Assembly (NCBI RefSeq): GCF_006345805.1
Contig: NC_043008.1
Coordinates: forward strand, 73,532,001 to 73,596,000
Source: Octopus sinensis
Lineage: Eukaryota
Direction: 5' to 3'
Length of the DNA stretch: 64,000 nucleotides
Of this stretch, positions 53,909-64,000 are shown piece after piece. Below the pieces are notes generated by a model that was given only the letters and a program-made list of their open reading frames with translations, ran no database searches and was not told the origin of the DNA. How positions within the stretch are numbered: position 1 is the stretch's first letter; every line of letters starts with the position of its first letter. The translations under genes and the position numbers were made by a program.

Positions 53909-54569
53909 GATATATTGTCGTATTTGGGGATGGTCATGTTGCGTCTTTAGCCAATGAAAATACATGCACTATATATTTGGCGTTCACATGCTTCGGCTTT
54001 ATTTTATATTAATTATATTCCTGCCAGATCTCTTTCATCACACTTCTGTGACCTCATTAGTGGTCCTTTACTTTCTTTTTTTTGTATTAATTTAATTTAT
54101 TATATTTTGCTTATGTATATAATTATTTAATTCCATTTATTTGTCTGTCTTTTGTATTAGTTTCATACTATTTATTAGTTTATAGGGATCTTATTCTGTC
54201 AAACGTAGTGGTGTGTTGGGGTTGTGTGCCAGTGTTCCATTCTGGTTTTCTATTTACGCTAGGTTTGTCTTCTACTATCTCCGTAGCTTCAGTAATTTGT
54301 CTAAGCGTTGCGCCCGTTCTACGTGTGCACAAGATTTTAACCTCTATGTTGTAGAGTGAGCCCTCGTGTTCCTGTTCGGCGTGTTGGTATAGAACCGATG
54401 AGATCTTCTCTTCCTCAAATTTTCTCCAGTGCTCATTTACCAGCACTCCTATGAAGATTGGAGGGAACATATTGAAAGAGAAGAGCTCATCGGCTCTATA
54501 CCTGCACGCCGAGCGTGTGTTTTCATTGGCTAAACTGGCAACATGACCATCTCCAAATACAGCAATATC
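53909..54569 (-). mobile_element. Penelope-like element relic (GIY-YIG C-terminal part) between ~58-bp inverted repeats
   Basis: Arms 53909-53968 and 54513-54569. The minus peptide EHWRKFEEEKISSVLYQHAEQEH...LRQITEATEIVEDKPSVNRKPEWN resembles PLE endonuclease C-termini. Confidence 0.6.
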
Positions 54570-54751
54570 TGTTTCAACACACGAATTCACATCACAAATC
54601 TTGCAAAGCGAGCATATAAACGTATATACATACATACATACTTACATACATACATACATACGTGCATACATATATACATACATACATGTATATATACATA
54701 TATACATACATATATATATATATATATTATATATATATATATATATATAAT

Positions 54752-54794
<43 letters not shown>

Positions 54795-55269
54795 GTATAT
54801 ATAAAAACTGATAATGTGTGTGTGTGTGTGTGTGTGTGTGATTGTATGTGTATGAGTGTATGACTGCATGTGTCTGTCAGAGTGTGTGTGTGTTTCCGCG
54901 TTCGACAACAATGTCACATTTTTTATATGAGTGGCTATGCGTGTGAGTGTATGAGTGTGTTTGTGTCAGTGAGTGTATGTATATGGGTGTATGAGTGTAT
55001 ATGTCACTGTGAATGTATATGTGATTCCGTGTTAGGTAGGTTATTAAACACACACACACATCCATGCATACACATGTGACGACTGACATGTGTGAATGTA
55101 TTTTTGTATATTTCTCTCTTACTATATGTATGTGCCTGAATGTGAGAGTGTATGTGCGTGTGTCGTCACATTTTCTATATGAATGTGTATGTCTGTGAGT
55201 GTGCGTGTGTGTGTGTGTGTTTGCGCGCCAGTTTCGTATGTTATTAAACACACACATACACCTACACAT

Positions 55270-56045
55270 GCATATGCTTATGTGCCAAGAACGGCTGGAG
55301 GTGAAACTCTTAACAAAAAACAATTACGTCCAAGGTATATAAGAATACGCATCTTCCGTTCAATTATCAGTTCATAATTATCACAGCAGTTGCAAGGTTG
55401 CAAGGTATTTATAATTTGCTTATATTTGGTTAATTTACACTGCATACTATAGACATACTACATACAACTGATTACAAAGATAGAGATTAACATATATTTT
55501 TTTCTATGTTAAAAATTTTAAGTTTAAAATATTGTAAAAAATATGCCACATAAGAGAAAATGTAATCTCTCCAGAAACACCTATAAAGCAAGGATAGAGT
55601 GCGGAAAAGGGAAGGCAAGAGTCTCAAGAGATAAGGGAGAGGAAACTTTCTCAAGATCAGCAAAGGCATAGCGCAGCGCGTCAAATAGAGTCTCAAGAGA
55701 GAAGAGAGATGAGACAGATGAGACTTTCCCAAGAACAGCTGCAGTACTTAATGTTGAATCATTAAAACAACGTTTATCAAGCCAGATTACACAGAGGTCC
55801 AATAGAATAGCTCTCAGAAGTAGACCACGTACAACACCTGGAGCTGCTTTCAGATATGACCTATCTCATTCTTATAAAAACGATAATTCTGTCTGAATTA
55901 GCGTGCTAAACTGAGATTGTCGTTTATGCCAAGCTTTAAAATTTACGTTACAAATGCTTTGTCGTCACCTGTTTCAACATACTCGTAGTATATATATATA
56001 AACTATGCCGCTTTAGTCCCGAGCAACGCCGTGTATTTCTGCTAG
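55270..56045 (+). mobile_element. Internally deleted Helitron
   Basis: ATG at 55543 gives MPHKRKCNLSRNTYKAR..., later AAFRYDLSHSY...DCRLCQALKF, resembling the RepHel N-terminus. The 3' end has a GC-rich subterminal motif cccgagcaacgccgtg followed by CTAG|T (56042-56046). The 5' boundary is uncertain. Confidence 0.75.
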
Positions 56046-56049
56046 TATC

Positions 56050-56128
<79 letters not shown>

Positions 56129-56149
56129 GGGTGTGTGTGATTGGTATAG

Positions 56150-56546
56150 AAGATGGATGGATGGAAGCACTCCGTCGGTTACGACGACGAGGGTTCCGGT
56201 TGATCCGAATCAACGGAACAGCCTGCTCGTGAAATTAACGTGTAAGTGGCTGAGCACTCCACAGACACGTGTACCCTTAACGTAATTCTCGGGGATATTC
56301 AGCGTGACACAGAGAGTGACAAGGCCGGTCCTTTGAAATACAGGTACAACAGAAACAGGAAGTAAGAGTGAGAGAAAGTTGTGGTGAAAGAGTACAGCAG
56401 GGATCACCACCATCCCCTGCCGGAGCCTCGTAGAGCTTTTGGTGTTTTCGCTCAATAAACACTCACAACGCCCGGTCTGGGAATCGAAACCGCGATCCTA
56501 TGACCGCGAGTCCGCTGCCCTAACCACTGGGCCATTGCGCCTCCGC
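56150..56546 (-). mobile_element. tRNA-derived SINE (family C)
   Basis: Minus strand begins gcggaggcgcaaTGGCCCAGTGGTTagggcagcgg...cgcGGTTTCGATTCCcagacc (A and B boxes) and ends in a (TCCA)n tail. Confidence 0.85.
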
Positions 56547-56563
56547 TGTATAGAAGAATATAT

Positions 56564-56851
56564 TAATAAAAGGAATTCCAATCTTGTCTGAGTTTCACGT
56601 TTTATTTACAATCTTATAATGATATAATATAATATAATATAATAAAACAAAATAAAATAATAGAATGTTAAATGTTCATTCTGATTGAACTAGTACTTTC
56701 ATGCATTAAATTTAATACATGAAAGTACTAGTTCAATCAGAATGAACATTTAACATTCTATTATTTTATTTTATTATATTATATTATATTATCTTATATC
56801 ATTATAAGATTGTAAATAAAACGTGAAAATCAGACAAGGTTGGAATTCCTT

Positions 56852-56856
<5 letters not shown>
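56564..56856. repeat. Near-perfect spacer-less palindrome, ~146-bp arms
   Basis: Centre between 56710 and 56711; arms are reverse complements with only a few mismatches. Confidence 0.95.
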
Positions 56857-56884
<28 letters not shown>

Positions 56885-56887
<3 letters not shown>

Positions 56888-59800
56888 GAAATTTATAGAA
56901 AAACGTAAGACGAAGACAGGTGCATGAACAACAAGCAGGTATTTGACGCTCGGGAAAGTGAAAAAATCAATATAAACAAGTATAAATTAGTAAAGATTTA
57001 AACAGTCTATGCGCTAAACTAAAGTCGCTATTCACAAACAAACCAAACACCCAACGCGCACCAAATGAAACTCACCAGGACGTCATACTTACACAAGACA
57101 ATCTAACAAAAAGAAAAAGAGAGAACATCTGGAACACAAATCTCCATAATAGAAAACTCGCTTTCTGGAATATGATTAAAAATTCCAACAAGGCAGATAT
57201 CTATGAGGGATGGATGAACAAAACACCAATTATTATCCCACGAAAATTCCAAATCAAAATAATACCAAATGAACCTGACAGACAGTTTTGCACTCTTCCA
57301 TCTAAAATCCATTAATGAAGAAAAATATAAAAACATCGACGAGGAGATGCACAGGGAAATAAACAAACAAACCGAGGGACCACCCCTCGAAAACACCATA
57401 AACTTTGGGAAGAAATTCTGTGAAAAGGAAGAACGAAATTCTCTCCTACGTTGGGAAAAAAGCAATGGTTTCTTCCAAATATATGAATCAACCTTTAAAA
57501 AAGAATGCAGTGCTGATAATCCTTTTCTAAAGAAAAAAATATAAATAACAAACAAAACCTGAACATCGCGCAAATCACACCCAACTTTAACCACTTAGTA
57601 AACAACAACCACCCTCATTATCCTCCATACACCCTGAATAGAAATCACCAACCACCATTATTTTTGAACCACCCAAAACTAAACAGCGAACAAGCTGATA
57701 GCAAACGGATTTATGAAATAGATTACACCAAATCTAAAGATCACCAATATACCAGGAATAGCACACACCAACAACGTCCCAATACCAGGCACACCCACCC
57801 CATAACAACACAAAACAACACTAGGATAAGAAGTACACAACATACCAGACACTACTACCCCATGACCCCAAATTACTGGTCCCTACCGAACACAAGAACA
57901 GCACAAAATAACACTAGGTCAAGAAACAGCCCGCATACTAGAGATTTCAAGCAAAAATATACCACATACAGAAATATTACGCACATCACTAACCAAAACA
58001 CCCAAAGACACACACACACACATAACAATCTGAGGCAACAATACCACCATTCCCCCGAACCAATCTCATACAACATCACAGACGGCTTATGCAAAAAAAA
58101 ACTGCAACCAACATTTTTTTAGCCTCATACCAGAGACACCAGGACACAGATTGGAACCTAGTGATCAAGAAAAACCGAAGATAATTGATCTCTCAACTAA
58201 ACCTTTTTCAAGCACAGAGATTGGCATATTCTCAAAAGAGTTAAAATTCACCTCAGCACCATGCAGAACCAACCAAAATGAAGTGAAGTACAGTATGATA
58301 GAATTCTGTAGATAATTAAGACTCACAGAAGCATTAACCAATTACAATACTGAAGTTGACTCACTAGTCAAAAACAAAAGTGAACATATAAAGGAAGAAA
58401 TAAAACTCTTGATGAATTCTGCAACCACATTGAGAACTTTCCCTACCACACTATGCATAAACAGACAGTTAACCCAAACTTTAGCACAACACAATGGAAG
58501 GAACTAACCGAATTTCAAAATAATGAAGGTATAGCGATTAAGGAAGCAGATAAAGTAAGCGCAGTAGTAGTAATGGATACATTATACTATAAAAATCTAG
58601 TAATTGCCATGCTGAATGACAGTCAACATTACGAAAAGATTACAAAATACACCGCGCTAAAAAATAATGAAAACACTGTCCTTACTAAATAAAACCGATG
58701 GAAAAGAACTGACAACCAAAGAAATTGACATTTTAACAAACTTTAAATGCAAACCTAGCCTTTTCTACGGTCTACCAAAAATCCACAAAAGCCAGATTTT
58801 AAATAAAACCATAAAAAAGTCACCAAATATGTACATACATACACTAAACTCAGGGGACCTAAAATTACGACCCATTATAGCTGGCCTGGCCTGTGAAACA
58901 CACAGACTAAATCTATTTATGGGACACCCTGAAACCTTTCTTTATTCACATAAATAGCAATATCAGAGATGACTTGACATGTTAAATCACCTCCCCAAAA
59001 AGTCGAGGAAGAAACAATCATGGTTTCATTTGATGTGATTAATTTACATACCAGTATACCTCATAATTACGGGCTAGAGGAAATTCAGTTCTGGCTGGAC
59101 CAATATCCGGAAGAAATGCCGGAAAGGATCAGCAAAGAATTCATAATTGAATCGGTTGAATTCATCCTACGAAATAACCACTTCATGTTTGAAGTGTATA
59201 TATTAATTTAAAGAAATAAGCCTAAAAATAGAAAGACATATTCTACAAAACCCCAGACGCCAAACAACATCTATTATTTAATTCATGCCACCCAAGACAC
59301 AGCAAAACAAACATCCCCGTAAACCTTGCACGAAGGATATGCACAATAGTATCCGGAAAAATATTAGAAACCTTAGACTGATTGACAGACACTATCCAGT
59401 TCAACTCATTGAGAATGGAATCAGACGTGCAACACAAATCGACGTAGAAACCTTAAGAAAAGTTCAACACAGCAACACAACTCCCCTGCAAATGTTGCCG
59501 TACATAACCACATACAACTCCAGAAACAAAGAAGCCTTCACCATCATCACCCAGAATTTACCAATGCTATACAAGGACCCCAAATGAAAGGAATTTTTAC
59601 ACACACATAAGATCATTAAAAGCCACAAACAACCGAAATCACTAAAAAAAAAGATCCTCCCAAAGGAAAAATTATTTTCTACAATAACGGACACAAAAGT
59701 GAAGAAATGTGGTCGATCAAATTGCGCAACATGCCCAAACCTTCTAGAACGCTCAGAATTACTTTTCAAAGAGGGACAAAAGTTCAAAATCAAATCTGAC

Positions 59801-60320
59801 TTTACTTGTGCCTCTGAAAACCTGATTTATGTTATAAGATACGCGGGCTGCTACCAAAATTACATAGGATCCACGGGATTATAGCTCAGACGCAGATGCA
59901 CTCTGCACCTACAGCAGATTGCATTCCCAGAATATAGAAAGATACTCTTTAGTGAACATATTGAGAAATGCGCAAAGCAACTGCTACCACAATTTGTAAG
60001 GTTTTCATTTTATCAATGTGCCATTGGAACAGCAAGAAAGCTAGATTAAACAAGGAAGCCTACTTTATTGAAACATATAATCCAAAACTTAGCCATTTCT
60101 AGCAATGTTAAATGAGGAAACTTAACCTCTTTGAAAAAAATATGAAGCAAGACTTAACCACTTCTAACATACTATTGTTTCTAAACCAAATCATGTTGCA
60201 TTAATAAAACCTAGTCATTCCCAATATTTTTGATTATCTACCTTATACCGAAAAAATCCCTGATTACCTTCCCCTGTCTGGAATTCTCATACTTTACTTC
60301 TATCGGTAAAGACGTCTTCT
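56885..60320 (+). mobile_element. Penelope-like retroelement (Neptune-type), decayed
   Basis: RT motifs IKEADK..AVVVMD, FYGLPKIHK, LRPII, SFDVINLHTSIPH; thumb DIFYKTPDAKQHLLFNSCHP; Cys-rich CGRSNCATC...TCASENLIYVIRYAGCYQNYIGST (GIY-YIG); KEAYFIETYNPKL. Flanked by (TA)n. Confidence 0.9.
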
Positions 60321-60323
60321 ATA

Positions 60324-60365
<42 letters not shown>

Positions 60366-60964
60366 TATACACAAACACACACACACACATATATATACAC
60401 ACAGATACATGAGAGAGTTGGTATGTGAATGCACGTGGTTGGATGTATAAAGGACAAAATAGAGTGAAAATACTACAGAAGACGTCTTTACCGATAGATA
60501 TACAAACAAGCATTCACACACACACGCACACATATGTAGATAGATGATTCAGATGGGAATATAAAGTTACACATAGTATATTATAAAAATATCGCAATCT
60601 TTCGATAAACTCTCAATGAAACCATTGTAAAATTATGAAATTAAACAAATTGCTCACCCAATTCTCCTTGTTAATCATTATAGAAAGTGAACGGATGTGA
60701 ACTGAGTTTTTGAAATGTATCAGCAGTAAAAGTATTGATTTCTATTTTAAATATGTTTCTGATAACCAGTACTGGTGGAGGAGCTTAGTAATGCAAACTC
60801 CAATGTTATAACGTCGAATTATATATATGTATATAGTTTATATATATGTATATAACATCAATGGCTATAGTCAACATATTTTGATAATTATCCTCTTAAT
60901 TGATACAGCTAGCAAGATTTATATCAATAAGTATAATATATTTATTTATTTATTTTTAATGCCC

Positions 60965-61355
60965 ACAGTGGGCTAAACATAGGGGGGAGAAACACAGCGA
61001 TTAAGTCGATTATATCGACTCCAGTGCGTAACTGGTACTTATTTAATCGACGCCAAAAGGATAAAAGACAAAGTCAACCTCGGCGGAATCTGAACTCAAA
61101 ATGTAACGGCAGACGAAATACCTATTTCTTTACTACCCACAAGTGGCTAAACACAGAGAGAACAAACAAGGACAGACAAACGGATTAAGTTTATTATATC
61201 GAGCCAGTGCGTAACTGGCACTTATTTAATCGACCCCGAAAGAATGAAAGGCAAAGTCGACCTCGGCGGAATTTGAACTCAGAACGTAACGGCAAACGAA
61301 ATACGGCTACGCATTTCGCCCGGCGTGCTAACGTTTCTGCCAGCTCGCCGCCTTT
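60965..61355 (-). mobile_element. SINE family A with two tandem internal units
   Basis: Ends in cccggcgtgctaacgtttctgccagctcgccgcctt; the internal junction is identical to that at 20621. Confidence 0.9.
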
Positions 61356-62284
61356 AATAAGTAAAATATTGACATTGAATGATTACTCGTGACACACTCT
61401 TATGTTCAACCTGTTTGTTTCGTTTTTGTTTTCCTTTTTAATTTAACTATTCATTTGTGTGGCTGAAACCATATATGTACATAAGAATATAAATTAAATT
61501 AAATTCGTTAAACCTCTGGTCTTACTTTGAAAATTTTTGTAGCATTATATTCATTTCGCCAATAGATACTGACTTCTGAACATGCAGGGTTAAGATATGC
61601 ACACGCATATCAATGGTACCCTATTGTAAGTGTAGTTCAATGTTTGTGGGCACATGATCTCTAGGCCTTCGAAGTACCTTAATGTACCCTTAAATTTTCA
61701 GGATATGTTATGCATATCCCCACTTAATTACCTGAAATATTTTCTTTCCACTTCACTCAATTGTTGTAACATTAAGAGCTGTTTCATATTTACACACACC
61801 AATGTTGATATATACGAATATTTTTATTTTAAAACTGTGAAGACTGTTCATGTTTGTATGAAGGTAACATATTTATTTTGCAGACGATTTCTTAATTGTG
61901 TTTTGAACATAGATCTGATAGATAATCAGAAAATTACAGAGTACACAGCCACTTATAAGTTTATATGAGGAGTAGCAATTTAAAGGTCGAACAACGAAAT
62001 GCTTATCTTCTTGACAGATAGACAATGCACAACTTCTACTTTAGTGCATTGAATTCTCCAGTCTGGGAAGGCAGGAACTGTATGGAGCTGTTTTTGAATA
62101 TCATCTTCGAAATTTGATTAGATTCCACTTACACATAGCTAGAAATAAATGAATCTGTAATTCAAATATAAGAAAGTTTGCCAAGACAAAAAGTTTATAT
62201 CTCTGATACAACGTTATGTTCACATTATTATTGATATGAGAACTTGGTAATGGCGATATCATTATATCGTTAGTGCATTCAAAA

Positions 62285-62450
62285 AATGATAGTCCGAGGT
62301 TTTACCTTCTAAGTTCTGATTACGCCGGAGTCAAATTTGCCTTTCATTTTTCCGTGGTCGATAAGTTAAAATACCTGTCAGGTACTGGGATCAATGTTAT
62401 CGACTTAGGACTTCCTTCAAAATTATTTGCCTTCGGCCTAAATTAGGGCC
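62285..62450 (+). mobile_element. Degenerate SINE family A body
   Basis: aagttctgattacgccggagtcaaatttgcctttcat...gtggtcgataag. Confidence 0.55.
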
Positions 62451-63679
62451 AATTATAAGAGGGCTGACAGATTTATTCCTCGCATGCTTGTTGCTGAATA
62501 AGTAGAAATAAAATATATATCTAAACATTAATTAATTTTTGGTCAATAATTAATATCCAAAGCACTTATTATTATTTTTGGCCACCATAGTATTAAACAG
62601 ACTGGAGACAAAACTCACTTTATTGTAGACCACAGGCCTTAATAATTAGCTTTCTTTTTCTTAGTATTAAAATAGAAATCTGTAAATTTTCATGCACTCG
62701 CCAAATTCTCAATATTGCCACTGCTTACAACAACTAATTACACAACATAGACGGGCCTATCTATTGAGAGTTAAGCAGATTTATTCGTTGGTGGCTAAGT
62801 TGGAAAGACGACAGCGATTGTAACACGAAGCAAACCACCTTTCTATCGGCTGGTTAGCTGTTACACTGTCGACACGGCAATGCATAATCTCAAGTTACGA
62901 CGAAATAAGTAAATTCAATGCTGGACAGAAAAAAAAAGCTATGTAAAGAACGTTTGGCTGTTCTTATATTTCCTATTTTATATCATTTTGTTTTCCGTTC
63001 TTATTTCAGTTCCAAGACATAATTAACTGGAAGGAAAAAAATTATTTCGTACTTGCAGTGTGCTTTACAGATTAAAGTGGGAGAATGAAATTAAAATGTG
63101 TAAGATGAAACCGGAGACAAAGAGAAAATTGAAAATGGATTCTGGAAACAAACACACACGTACACAGATATGTCCTCGCATATATACAGAAATGGACAGG
63201 CACATATAACAAGAAGCATGCATAAAATAAATGAAAAGAACTGGATACACACGTAGATGCATATGAACACGTAAATACGTATTCACATACATACACATAG
63301 ATCTGTGTGTGTGCGTATGTATGTGTTCGCACGTGTTTGTGTATGCATGTGCATGTGAATAGAGGTGCTTCAGGTTAATAGATATCACAAGCTATAAAAT
63401 CCAGTGCGTAGTGTTGGCAGTTTTCCTTCACGTTACTTGTTCCTATTCCAGTGTGAATGCTCGGTAAAATAAATTCTTTTTGTTTCACTTATATCCTGCA
63501 ACATCACAACCAGTATGTAAGTAAAAAGCTCTGCATCTTCAATTAAATCATCGTATACAATCACCGGCAGCAGCAGCAGCAGCATCGTCGATGTCCCCCA
63601 CCCACCCCGCCACCGCAACCCCCGCTACCACCACTACCACCATCATCACCATCATCATCATCATCATTCAATGACAATG

Positions 63680-63738
63680 ATATATATGTATATATATGTG
63701 TGAGTATGTATGTATGTATGCATGTATGTATATGTATG

Positions 63739-63771
<33 letters not shown>

Positions 63772-63787
63772 ATATATAATATATATA

Positions 63788-63825
<38 letters not shown>

Positions 63826-63834
63826 TATATATAT

Positions 63835-63884
<50 letters not shown>

Positions 63885-63886
63885 AC
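63680..63886. repeat. (TATG)n/(TA)n microsatellite
   Basis: Direct runs. Confidence 0.95.
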
Positions 63887-64000
63887 CGAGATTGGAAACT
63901 TAATCGCCACACTTTCAAAAGAAGTAATTAATATCCTGATATACCGATGCCAGTAGACTATTCCTTACCGTTTTTAGGTGTTTTTGTTTTTCATTGTCAA

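Noticed and set aside
56450-56546. tRNA-like sequence
   Set aside because: It has A/B boxes but continues into a SINE body and tail, so it is a SINE head rather than a tRNA gene.

Overview
This is AT-rich, repeat-saturated animal genomic DNA with no intact long ORF. Almost every ORF in the supplied track is a translation of (TA)n, (CA)n, (TATC)n or (AAT)n microsatellite. The SINE families and overall repeat style suggest an octopod cephalopod (Octopus); this is inferred from recognition, not from a database search. The window is a mosaic of decayed mobile elements: three DD37D (maT) Tc1/mariner fragments, four R4/Dong-clade RLE retrotransposon fragments (three stacked head-to-tail across (AAT)n arrays), an RTE LINE 5' half, a Tx1/L1-like endonuclease fragment, a Neptune-type Penelope-like element (PLE), a second PLE relic, a Helitron derivative, several MITE/fold-back elements and many copies of three tRNA-derived SINE families. 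The main observation not explained by the ORF track is a set of small non-coding elements in (TA)n tracts carrying minimal type I hammerhead ribozyme folds. Two are well formed (7141-7218 and 32100-32145, both minus strand) and several are degenerate. A few possible host-gene signals (a 54-nt exon, and a CRE palindrome near a strong splice donor) are reported at low confidence.
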